A stretch of DNA of 64,000 nt from Candidatus Moraniibacteriota bacterium (GTDB lineage: Bacteria; Patescibacteriota; Minisyncoccia; Moranbacterales; GCA-2747515), in the NCBI GenBank assembly GCA_038208115.1, contig JBBQZC010000001.1:13977-77976 (forward strand). Direction: 5' to 3'. Below the pieces are notes generated by a model, which saw nothing but the letters and a program-made list of their open reading frames with translations, had not been told where the DNA came from and did no database searches. Each line of letters opens with the position of its first letter. The stretch's first letter is position 1. Below are positions 28,306 to 38,610 of the stretch, one piece after another. Made by a program: the position numbers and the translations under genes.

Positions 28306-29304
28306 TTAATGAATCGGCGTTACATTTTTTGTATAGGAATTATTTCCTTCATCACTTTCATCAACGTCTGCATCAGAATCTACGACCGCCTTTGTCGTAT
28401 AATTCGCCCATCCACCATATGTATAGTCACACTCCACCGTTTCACTATCTCCCACTTTAAGGATATCGATTTTCTCGTGACACGCTCTGCTACCAGTAAC
28501 CGTTGGCCACCATTCCCAATAAAAATCTTCTGCATCGGTTTCGCCCTTGTTTTTAATCTTGAAGCTCACAGTGAACTCTTCTCCCTGCGTAGGATCATGA
28601 TTAAACTTATAATCACTAATGGACAGATCAGCCTTTTCTGCTACAGCAATCTCTTTTTTGCTTACATTATTATTCTCATCAATTTCATCATTTTCATCTT
28701 TTGTGTCTACAATGAACTTTGACGCATAGTCATCTACTTCATTATATACATAATCACACTCGATCATCTTTGTCGCACCGACAGCCAATCCATCTTCATC
28801 ACCTTTGCAATCACGACCGGAACTTGTCGGCCACCATTCCCAGCTGAAAGATTTTGACGCTACCGTGCCTTTGTTTCCTACAACAATCTTTGCCGTAAAC
28901 TCATCTCCAATCTTTGGGACTTCTCCGAGATCATAACTTTTCACATAGAGATCCGGCTTCTTTACAACATTTTTTGTTGCTTCGTCCGTATTTTTAGAGT
29001 CATTCACAGCGGGGGCATTTGATTCTTGTGTGATGCTCGGTGGCTTCGCTGTTGTGTCAACAGTGTTCTCACCAGAAGTTGTGGTTTTTTGTGTTTCCAT
29101 TTCATTCGGTTGACCATCATCCGATTTTTTTAGTGCGTAAACTACAAGAAATCCAATCAAAACAACTATTAAAACGACAAGGAGAACGGTCATAACCCAC
29201 TGAAACGGCGTAAACTTTTTTGAAGACTGAATATCCAAAGGGTGCTCAGTTACTTCCGTCGGCTTTGCGTCATTTTTTTCTATCGACATTGGTTCGTTTT
29301 CCAT
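28306..29304 (-). CDS. Membrane-anchored protein with two CARDB-like domains
   Basis: N-terminal TM (type II), a T/P-rich linker, then two about 110-aa repeats (VGNKGTVASKSFSWEWWPT... / IKNKGETDAEDFYWEWWPT...CDYTYG) typical of CARDB. Confidence 0.55.
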   Translation of the reverse strand: MENEPMSIEKNDAKPTEVTEHPLDIQSSKKFTPFQWVMTVLLVVLIVVLIGFLVVYALKKSDDGQPNEMETQKTTTSGENTVDTTAKPPSITQESNAPAVNDSKNTDEATKNVVKKPDLYVKSYDLGEVPKIGDEFTAKIVVGNKGTVASKSFSWEWWPTSSGRDCKGDEDGLAVGATKMIECDYVYNEVDDYASKFIVDTKDENDEIDENNNVSKKEIAVAEKADLSISDYKFNHDPTQGEEFTVSFKIKNKGETDAEDFYWEWWPTVTGSRACHEKIDILKVGDSETVECDYTYGGWANYTTKAVVDSDADVDESDEGNNSYTKNVTPIH

Positions 29305-29491
29305 CGATTTATTGTTAATTTTTACAGATATTCATTTAACAACAGTATACCATAAAAATCGTGAAATATGCGTAATTTGATGTCCTTGTTTTCTTTCGCG
29401 TATACGCATCTCTAATTTATTATTTTGCGAGAAAACACAAAATTCCCCGCAAAGTGAGCCATTTCTGACTCCATACTCATTCCTGGATATG

Positions 29492-29537
29492 ACTGTTCAA
29501 GGTAGCCCTCACGAGGAGATTTTTACCTTGAACAGTT
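29492..29537. repeat. Perfect 13-bp inverted repeat (hairpin) at the island boundary
   Basis: ACTGTTCAAGGTA-n20-TACCTTGAACAGT between the AIPR-like gene stop and the CARDB gene start. Confidence 0.5.
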
Positions 29538-29695
29538 TTGCAAACCACGCACCAATACGGCGGTTGGGCTTGTGCTTAAGTAACATATTCAGTTATCACC
29601 TACACTTTATCATTCATCTTAACTATGTCTAATTAAGGAGCTTTTTTTTATTTTTTAACATAATTAAATTAGTTTTTCCTAAATTTTGCCATATT

Positions 29696-30904
29696 TTACC
29701 TTTTATTTCTAACCAACTGATCCATCTTCAAATCCAAAGTTGTCCAAACTAAACGACTTTTTGCAAATGTTTGCGGCTCATAGCCAACCTCCTTTAATGC
29801 CTTTTTATAAGGTAATGCAATATCTTGCAAGTTCTCTTCTAAAAATTCTGATGGATTTTTTGAAAACTTCAAAATACCATTATCTTCAACTAATAAATTT
29901 CTAAAAGATGCAAAGAGAGGATAAATCCAACCAGCTGGGATTGCATAATCAACTTCATCATCAATATATGGCAAAAGAACTCTTCGTTGTTTAACTACAA
30001 GATCTCCACTTCTTTTCTCTATAGTCCTAAAGTCATCTCCTAAAATCTTTGGCATATTTAGATTAATATTATCCCAAAGTTCAACAATATCCGGCAACAA
30101 CCTTGTATATTTTGCAACATTTTTTTCATCAAACATTTTTTCAAATGTTTCCAAAACCTTTTTTTTACTTGAATATGCTTCAATTGGTACATTTTCACCT
30201 TCAATTGGATATTTATCAATATTATATGCAACCAAATATCCAACCAGATCTGCAACTTTAATTTTTTTAACTCTTCCGTCATCATCAGTCTCATATTCAG
30301 AATATGATATTTGATTTTGGTACGGCTTACCATCTACAGCAACTTTAATATCATCAAATACATTCATCATATTATACAAAGTTTCTTTTCTGACCTGCAA
30401 TGCTGTATTTCTACTTTCCACAATATCTGTAACAGACTCTCTTGTATTAAAACCAACCAAAAATTCAATCTTTAAATACACCTCATCTTTAGCCAACTCA
30501 TCAGTGCTATCTGAAAAATAGTCTTTTAAAACATCGTATGTATGACCACCATCTGCAATTCCATGAAAACTTCTGTTATTTAATGTGATTGTAATTGATT
30601 GATTTTTATTATCAAAAACAAAATCATCTGCAAGCATCAAAAGCCCTTTATTACGATAAAAAAACTGATCGGGGCTATCATCAAGAGTCTCGCGCATTGC
30701 TTTCCACGCAAGTGAGCTTCTACGAGGTTCTCGTGGATTTATTGCACGAAATGCATCTAATTTATCAGCTTGATTTATAAATGCCATCGCATTCACAGTA
30801 ACAACAAATGACTTAATTCCTTTCTTTTCGTGACCAGGCACTACAGACAATTTCTTGACTGCATCATTATCAAAAACTGGTAACGTAATTACAACATCTT
30901 TCAT
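29696..30904 (-). CDS. AIPR-like (abortive-infection phage-resistance) family protein, putative
   Basis: 402 aa. The N-terminal region has NPREPRRSS...YRNKGLLMLADD...HGIADGGHTY, reminiscent of AIPR/DGQHR-type Abi proteins. Family assignment is from memory and not verified. Confidence 0.35.
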   Translation of the reverse strand: MKDVVITLPVFDNDAVKKLSVVPGHEKKGIKSFVVTVNAMAFINQADKLDAFRAINPREPRRSSLAWKAMRETLDDSPDQFFYRNKGLLMLADDFVFDNKNQSITITLNNRSFHGIADGGHTYDVLKDYFSDSTDELAKDEVYLKIEFLVGFNTRESVTDIVESRNTALQVRKETLYNMMNVFDDIKVAVDGKPYQNQISYSEYETDDDGRVKKIKVADLVGYLVAYNIDKYPIEGENVPIEAYSSKKKVLETFEKMFDEKNVAKYTRLLPDIVELWDNINLNMPKILGDDFRTIEKRSGDLVVKQRRVLLPYIDDEVDYAIPAGWIYPLFASFRNLLVEDNGILKFSKNPSEFLEENLQDIALPYKKALKEVGYEPQTFAKSRLVWTTLDLKMDQLVRNKR

Positions 30905-31138
30905 AATTAATATCTTAAAAAATAAAAAATTCGCACCTACAAAATGCGAATAAAGACACTAATCAATTTATATTTATAATATAAACTCTCTAGATTGATA
31001 ATATCCCCATTGCCGATCTTTCGATACAACACTTTGATAGTTTCCACTAATCTTTAGGTACAATGCTATCATATCACAGCAGTCCTATTTTGTCAATGTT
31101 TTATTAAAGAGAAAAAGTATGTTAATCCGTGCATCTCA

Positions 31139-31981
31139 TTACAAAATCTGAAAATTATCCTGGTTCATGGCGATATGACAGGTCATACACAGAGTTACAA
31201 GATTTTCTAGATCATTTGAATCCGAATAACGTCTATGCACAAATAAGTCTTTCCCAAATATTTCTCTATGTTTTTCTCTTGTAATCCCACAAATAATGCA
31301 TTTTTCTCCATCTCTTCGTATCGCTTTTTCTCTATTATTTTCAAAGTTTTTCTCTAATTGTTTTTGTAACAGTCTTTTTCTGACATCTGGCCTTCTAGAA
31401 TATACAAGATTCTTTTTTTTTATTGTTTCTCCATTCTTTTGATGATATCGACGAATTTGCTTCTTATGTTCTTCGCTTTTGCCATAACATTTAATGCACA
31501 CCCCCTTCGATCGATGTTTATATTTGGTACTTTCACAAATTTTGCAAAATTCATTTTCAATTGACCATTTTTTCTTTTTATTATTCAAGATTCTAGTATA
31601 TATTTCAGGATATATTTTTTTTACAAGTCTCGCATTTTTTCCTAAATAATCATTTAATTCTGTTATGCTACCAAATGTTTCAATTCCTCTGTTTTCTAAA
31701 TTTTTTACTACATCACTTATACTTTCTTTTTTTTTATTTAAATTACTCTGAAAATGCACTTTTTTAATTTTTTTGAGTCGATCCTTAATTGCTTCAATCA
31801 ATACCCATTCATATTCATACACAAAACCACTTTTGTTCCATTCGCATATTATTTGTTTTTTGATTTCTGCAGATATTTTTTGACGGATTCTTTCCCTTGT
31901 TACGCCAAGTTTCTCTCCGATAATTTGATATGTTTCTCCATTACAATATAATTTTACTAAACTTTTTTCAGAATCGCACAT
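31139..31981 (-). CDS. HNH endonuclease with N-terminal sigma-70 region-4-type HTH
   Basis: N-terminus LGVTRERIRQKISAEIKK (HTH), CxxC pairs (CKICE...CIKCYG) and an HNH core CIICG...H...N...LCMTCH. Confidence 0.6.
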   Translation of the reverse strand: MCDSEKSLVKLYCNGETYQIIGEKLGVTRERIRQKISAEIKKQIICEWNKSGFVYEYEWVLIEAIKDRLKKIKKVHFQSNLNKKKESISDVVKNLENRGIETFGSITELNDYLGKNARLVKKIYPEIYTRILNNKKKKWSIENEFCKICESTKYKHRSKGVCIKCYGKSEEHKKQIRRYHQKNGETIKKKNLVYSRRPDVRKRLLQKQLEKNFENNREKAIRRDGEKCIICGITREKHREIFGKDLFVHRRYSDSNDLENLVTLCMTCHIAMNQDNFQIL

Positions 31982-32046
31982 ATAATTTTATCTAAATTAT
32001 AATCTTGATAAATTTTAACATTTATTATACTTATTCTCAACACAAC

Positions 32047-33087
32047 CTATTTATTCAAATCCAAAAAATCCCTATGCGCTTTCTTTGCTTTTTCCTTATC
32101 AACTCCAAGATAATACTTGCACGTTGTATCCAATCTCTCGTGACCAAGGATCTCTTTGACATGCACGATTGGACATCCATTGAAAACAAGATTTGTCGCA
32201 ACTGTATGGCGAAGAATATGCGGTGTGAGCTTTTTATGGATTTTTGCCAATCTGCGGTGTCTTTCAAAAAATCGCCACACATCATCCCTACGCAAACGAT
32301 CATGCGGTTTTTTAGTTATAAACACAGCTTCATGCATGTCCGTGCGCCTTTCCAAATATCTCTCCAACCATTCCAATGATCGTTTTGTAAAAAACACTGT
32401 TCGTTCTTTACTACCTTTACCTATGATCTTAGCTTCCCGTCTTTCCCAATCGATGTCCCTACGATTAAGTGACAATGTTTCTCCAATTCGCATTCCTGAA
32501 CCCAGCAAAAGCTCAACAAGCGCACGAAAGCGAATATCATACCATCGATCTGTTCTGATTGTTTTCAAAAATGCATCTATTTCTTCTTTTGTGAGATAAA
32601 TCACTTCTCGTTTATAGCGTTTTGGTGGCCGGATCTGCTTTGGGTGCAGCGTTTTGATCTTTAAAAAACCTCCGCAATATCCAAAAAAACTTTTCATAGC
32701 ATATACGACACTTGCAATACGTGCAGGACTCAAACCACGATCCATCATGAGCCTTTTTAATCTCACAAACTCTTGTACATCATAATACGCGACCGGTTTA
32801 TCACCAATATCGCGCACAAAGCTTTTAAGACTATCTCTGTATTTTATAATAGTCTGTGGTGAAAAGTTCAATTCATAGCGTGCATATTCCAAAAAATCTT
32901 CAATAAGTTCCGTCATTGGCTTTTCATCATTTTTTCTAATGTCGGAGAATGCATTTCTTTCAACGACAGTTTTTGGATCATTTTGCATTTCTACATGTTC
33001 ATATGTCATAAACAAAAAAACCATAGTCCAAAAACTACAGTATCTATTGCCTAGCAAAGTATATGAACCAATATTTGGCTCTATCAC
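32047..33087 (-). CDS. Tyrosine recombinase/integrase (XerC/D-like)
   Basis: C-terminal catalytic box HILRHTVATNLVFNGCPIVHVKEILGHERLDTTCKYY (R..H..R..Y), an ARG box RIGETLSLNRRDID, and an N-terminal SAM-like core-binding domain. Confidence 0.85.
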   Translation of the reverse strand: MIEPNIGSYTLLGNRYCSFWTMVFLFMTYEHVEMQNDPKTVVERNAFSDIRKNDEKPMTELIEDFLEYARYELNFSPQTIIKYRDSLKSFVRDIGDKPVAYYDVQEFVRLKRLMMDRGLSPARIASVVYAMKSFFGYCGGFLKIKTLHPKQIRPPKRYKREVIYLTKEEIDAFLKTIRTDRWYDIRFRALVELLLGSGMRIGETLSLNRRDIDWERREAKIIGKGSKERTVFFTKRSLEWLERYLERRTDMHEAVFITKKPHDRLRRDDVWRFFERHRRLAKIHKKLTPHILRHTVATNLVFNGCPIVHVKEILGHERLDTTCKYYLGVDKEKAKKAHRDFLDLNK

Positions 33088-33096
33088 AAACTTTTG

Positions 33097-33120
33097 TGGT
33101 TAGTCCTACTCTATAAATGA
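33097..33120 (-). other. 3' half of the 16S pre-rRNA processing stem (pairs with 34862..34885)
   Basis: CACAAACTTTTGTGGTTAGTCCTA is the near-exact reverse complement of 34862-34885 (TAGGACTAACCACAAAAAATTGTG). This is a classic RNase III stem flanking 16S. Confidence 0.6.
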
Positions 33121-33212
33121 GTCACGAATACACATTATAAAAGATGTGTAAACGACCATTATGGGTTTAAGAATTTGAGATGACTCTCAACTCTTTTCAC
33201 CTTTACTCCCTA

Positions 33213-34702
<1,490 letters not shown>

Positions 34703-35267
34703 AACATGTCTTGATTTTCACTATGATTTGTATGAATCACCAGAATCATAGAAGTTTCTAAAAGAAACTTTCAATAGTTTGAACCTTTAGTCCGAAGACT
34801 AAATTTTTTTGACTCGATTTATAGATCAGGACACTATAATAAATTATAGTGACATTATTTTTAGGACTAACCACAAAAAATTGTGATTTAGTATATTTGC
34901 TAGTTGTCATCAAATACTGTTACTAAAGTATTTGATCAACGTATATTCTTTTGTTAAAGTTCTTGTTTTCTCATTTCTCCCTACGAGAAAGAAAAACACA
35001 TCTCTAACAACTTTATCATATGATGAAAATTTTGTCCAGAGATGTATCATTCTTTCACCCTCGTGAATGGAGTCAACGATACCGTATTCATTTCTTAACA
35101 CTAAAATCAATTATACACGGCTTTAAAATCCTGTCAAGTGCGACCTAAAATTATGAAAAAATAATTGGAATGATGATAAATTTTGAGATGACTTTTGTTG
35201 ATATTTTTATCCATTATTACTATCTTTTATTGAAAAAAGAAAACACAATATCAAAATAAAAAAATTA

Positions 35268-35301
35268 AATCGGTTTTCTCACTTTTGTGAAAAAACCGAT
35301 T
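35268..35301 (-). terminator. Intrinsic terminator after the 35334..36077 gene
   Basis: AAUCGGUUUUUUCACAAAAGUGAGAAAACCGAUU hairpin followed by a U-run on the minus strand. Confidence 0.5.
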
Positions 35302-35333
35302 ATTCATTATCCCATTTGAAAAAATTACTTGTT

Positions 35334-36077
35334 TCAGCCGGTCATCAATTTACCAACATCTTCAACAGACATGTTGCAAAGATTGCCTACATCAGAAGAA
35401 ATATTTTCAGAGTCGACAATACCACAACTCTTCTGATACGAAACAATGCGAATGAGATTACTGATTGCTTCTGCAAGTGCATCTTCGTTTCCACTGGTAT
35501 CGATCGAAGAAATGGCATCATGTAAATCTATGAGAGCAACGGATGATTGTTTCAAGCGAAGAATTTCTGCATTCTTTTTGACAACAATGGTCTGAAGATT
35601 TTCAATGCCTTTCTTGCGAGAGACGGCAATCCCAGCTGATATCTTCTGCTGTTCACTTGTAACTTTCAACTGCCTTTTCAAACTTTGATTTTCATCTACA
35701 AGTTTCTCAATCCGCACCTGATCTTTTTTGCGCCCTTTCTTCAACTTCTTGATCTCGGCGACAGACTTGGCATCTGCATCAAAAAAAGATATGACGTTGC
35801 CATACAGTTTCTGCACTTGTGCATTCTTACCGGCGAGATCGGCTTCAGCAAAGATTTGCTCCGGTCGCTTTGCGCTGGAAACACATTTGATATCAAGTGC
35901 ATCAAGAAACTCCTTCGGTGCATTCTCGAGGATCTCATCACGCTCCTTATCCGTCATTTGTGCCAAATTTAAAGTCATTGACGCAGCAAATCCTTTCTTT
36001 TTTTTCTCTTTTATAACCACTTTTATGTATTCTTCCACAGTTAGAGGTCTTCCACAACCACACGGACATGTTGGCAT
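35334..36077 (-). CDS. Coiled-coil protein with N-terminal CxCxC zinc-ribbon-like motif (paralog 1)
   Basis: MPTCPCGCGRPL start, then ENAPKEFLDAL...KRPEQIFAEADLAGKNAQVQKL...SFFDADAKSVAEIKKLKK and a long heptad-rich region. Paralogous to 36310..37155. Confidence 0.5.
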   Translation of the reverse strand: MPTCPCGCGRPLTVEEYIKVVIKEKKKKGFAASMTLNLAQMTDKERDEILENAPKEFLDALDIKCVSSAKRPEQIFAEADLAGKNAQVQKLYGNVISFFDADAKSVAEIKKLKKGRKKDQVRIEKLVDENQSLKRQLKVTSEQQKISAGIAVSRKKGIENLQTIVVKKNAEILRLKQSSVALIDLHDAISSIDTSGNEDALAEAISNLIRIVSYQKSCGIVDSENISSDVGNLCNMSVEDVGKLMTG

Positions 36078-36140
36078 CTTGCTCTCCTTTGATTTTTTTA
36101 AGTTAACTCATGAAAATTCTGACGCGACGCCAGATTTGAC

Positions 36141-36169
36141 ATAATATCAGCTTTTAAGTGCTTTGTCAA
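36141..36169 (-). promoter_or_regulatory. Sigma-70-like promoter for 35334..36077
   Basis: Minus strand TTGACA-17-TATTAT. Confidence 0.5.
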
Positions 36170-36247
36170 TCCAAAATTCACACAATTGCATTGTGATATA
36201 TAAGAATAATTATGCTAAATTACTTATATCAATATTACCAAAGAAAA

Positions 36248-36279
36248 AAGCTGATCTCACATGTGTGTGAAATCAGCTT
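36248..36279 (-). terminator. Intrinsic terminator after 36310..37155
   Basis: AAGCUGAUUUCACACACAUGUGAGAUCAGCUUUUUUCUUU on the minus strand. Confidence 0.55.
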
Positions 36280-36309
36280 AGTAAGACTCGTTGAGACACT
36301 TATGTCTTA

Positions 36310-37155
36310 CTATTTACCATTTGCTTCGACGCCTGCATCTTCCTCGGGAGATTTCTCCTGTGAGGTTTCTGCGGCGAGAGTTTCATCAGCGGCGACATCG
36401 GAATTATTGTCTTTCTGTTGCATCGCTACAGCAAGAGCTTGAATCCTTCCGATTTCTCCAAAAAGAGAACTTTTGTTTCCGCTGGCATCCATGGCAATGA
36501 CGGCATTTTGCAGTTTTGCAAATGAATCAGCAGTCGACGCCAGAGTGACAATTTCCCGACTCTTTTGTTCAACCGTGACCTGTGAATCGCGGAGATCCTG
36601 AAATGCTTCGGTCAGCAATAAATTCTTCTCCGCAACCTGAACACCGAGTCGATTATTTTGATGAATCTGGTGATCGACATCTTCTTGAAGTCGACGGATT
36701 TTATCGGTTTGTTCTGCATTGACTGCCTCAAGCTTTTTCTTTTCTTTCTTGAGCTTCTTTATTGCAGCCGTGGATTTCTCATCCTGAATGAAGAATCCAT
36801 TGACAGAATTCTGCAGGTGTGTAATCTGAGCAGCATTGCCGGCCAGTTCAGATTCAGCCAAAATCCATTCTGGCCGTTTCCTCTCATTAACTTTGACAAC
36901 GGTGTATCCGAGTTTCTTTAACACCTCCTCTGGCATACTCTTGAGAATCTCCTCGCGAACCTCATTCGGCATTTTTGCCAGGCGTTTTTTCAAATCCTCG
37001 AAACCAATCTGGTCACTGCTTTCCCGTGCCCGAGAAACGCCGCCAAAGAGATCCTCAAAAGCGTCCGGAAAACCATCAATTATATTATTGAATCGATCTA
37101 CGCGCCTTCCGCATACAATCTCCGAAAGCTCAGCTAAAAATCGCCTTGAATCCAT
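36310..37155 (-). CDS. Coiled-coil protein (paralog 2 of 35334..36077)
   Basis: Shared blocks with paralog 1: KSMPEEVLKKL...KRPEWILAESELAGNAAQITHL...FFIQDEKSTAAIKKLKK, then a coiled coil and an acidic tail. Confidence 0.5.
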   Translation of the reverse strand: MDSRRFLAELSEIVCGRRVDRFNNIIDGFPDAFEDLFGGVSRARESSDQIGFEDLKKRLAKMPNEVREEILKSMPEEVLKKLGYTVVKVNERKRPEWILAESELAGNAAQITHLQNSVNGFFIQDEKSTAAIKKLKKEKKKLEAVNAEQTDKIRRLQEDVDHQIHQNNRLGVQVAEKNLLLTEAFQDLRDSQVTVEQKSREIVTLASTADSFAKLQNAVIAMDASGNKSSLFGEIGRIQALAVAMQQKDNNSDVAADETLAAETSQEKSPEEDAGVEANGK

Positions 37156-37224
37156 CTTATGACCTCTCCTTCTATAGTTTTATCAAGATTACTACTGTAA
37201 ATCTGACCCCATGCCAGAATTGAC

Positions 37225-37253
37225 ATGATAGCAAATTTTAAGTACTTTGTCAA
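37225..37253 (-). promoter_or_regulatory. Sigma-70-like promoter for 36310..37155 (duplicate of the 36141..36169 promoter)
   Basis: Minus strand TTGACA-17-TATCAT. The surrounding 40 nt are about 80% identical to the paralog's promoter region. Confidence 0.5.
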
Positions 37254-37443
37254 TAGTAAAAAATCGAGTCTGAAAACTCCATTTTTATCAAAGTTACTAA
37301 TGAACTATTTACATAAACTCTCATATTTTGTAACGTCCATTTATCTGTTATGTCCGTAAAAATGGGGATTCAGAAATCTCGCATATATGACATAATATTC
37401 CGAGATTTTCACCTTCGCAAAAAAAATATTTTAAAAAAAACGA

Positions 37444-37911
37444 TCATATAAATTCCAATAATTTTTGCACTTTATCACGTAAATTTTCTGTGCTACCCAT
37501 AATCGGTGATCGCGGAATCACTTTAATCGTTTTGCGACCTGCTAATACATCCTCGATAATCATTTTGGTCTCCTCTGGAGAATAATCGCGATCCTGTGAC
37601 GCTGAATATGCACCGCCCATGCGATCGATCATTTTACATATGATAGCTTTTTCTTTTTCAAAAAATTCTTTTTGCAATTGCATAATCTCACTATTGATCC
37701 GTGCCAGAATTGTTCGATCTGCGTGTACGATATCTCTAAAAGCGAGAATGCCTTCTTTTTGTTTCTTGAGATCAGCTATACGCAATAATAATAAATCATT
37801 ATTATTATCAACTGCTTCTATCTGGATAGTCGCATCAAGATCTGGTTTGCCGTGCGGTTTCTGCTCTACCGCTTTTTTTGCCACATCGACGCCTCCTTCA
37901 TACATCATCAT
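37444..37911 (-). CDS. Hypothetical protein
   Basis: 155-aa ORF, partly coiled-coil, no motif recognised. Confidence 0.4.
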   Translation of the reverse strand: MMMYEGGVDVAKKAVEQKPHGKPDLDATIQIEAVDNNNDLLLLRIADLKKQKEGILAFRDIVHADRTILARINSEIMQLQKEFFEKEKAIICKMIDRMGGAYSASQDRDYSPEETKMIIEDVLAGRKTIKVIPRSPIMGSTENLRDKVQKLLEFI

Positions 37912-37927
37912 ACAATAGTGTTATTTA

Positions 37928-38503
37928 TTATTTAGTCGTTTCATACGCAAAATTATTTTTTAGATCACTAAAAACCATGTTATTTTGATCTTTCTCCGAC
38001 ACAATCGGATTAACGATACCATATTTATCCAATTGCCAATCAATCGCGATTGATAGGTCATCCCACGCAAGAGCGCCCTCTGCATCTTTTACATAGACAT
38101 CTGTGCATTTGTAGCTGAATATTGTATCATCCTCCAGAGCCAGAAATCCATGCGCAAAACCCTCTGGAATCCAAAACTGTTTTTTATTATCAGCCGAAAG
38201 CTCTACAGACACCCACTGTCCGTACGTCGGTGACCCATGCCGAATATCCACAGCAACATCGAGTACACCCCCCACGATTACCTGCACGAGCTTACCTTGT
38301 GCATGTGGACGCCTCTGAAAATGCAATCCTCGCAAAACGCCCTTTGCTGATCGTGATAAGTTATCTTGTACAAATTCGTCTGATATGCCATTCGCTTTGT
38401 ACCGCTCCCTATTATACGTTTCCGCAAAAAAACCGCGCAGATCTCCAAATATATCAGGCGTGATCACTAACAATCCATCTATCTTTGTTTCTTCTGTTTT
38501 CAT
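37928..38503 (-). CDS. rfbC: dTDP-4-dehydrorhamnose 3,5-epimerase
   Basis: GDLRGFFAETY, VLRGLHFQ and WIPEGFAHGF signatures of the RmlC cupin. Confidence 0.85.
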   Translation of the reverse strand: MKTEETKIDGLLVITPDIFGDLRGFFAETYNRERYKANGISDEFVQDNLSRSAKGVLRGLHFQRRPHAQGKLVQVIVGGVLDVAVDIRHGSPTYGQWVSVELSADNKKQFWIPEGFAHGFLALEDDTIFSYKCTDVYVKDAEGALAWDDLSIAIDWQLDKYGIVNPIVSEKDQNNMVFSDLKNNFAYETTK

Positions 38504-38610
38504 ATAGCGTCAGATGTAATTTTATATTTCTCTATTATATCATAAAAAAACACCAATCCCGTGAGAAAAGTGTTTTTTTGTGATGTAAATAGACTGAAAA
38601 AATACATGTA

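Noticed and set aside
34910-35110. 66-aa ORF on the minus strand just upstream of the 16S gene
   Set aside because: - It lies inside the rRNA leader/promoter region between the processing stem and the upstream terminator.
- No SD, odd composition.
- Most likely not coding.
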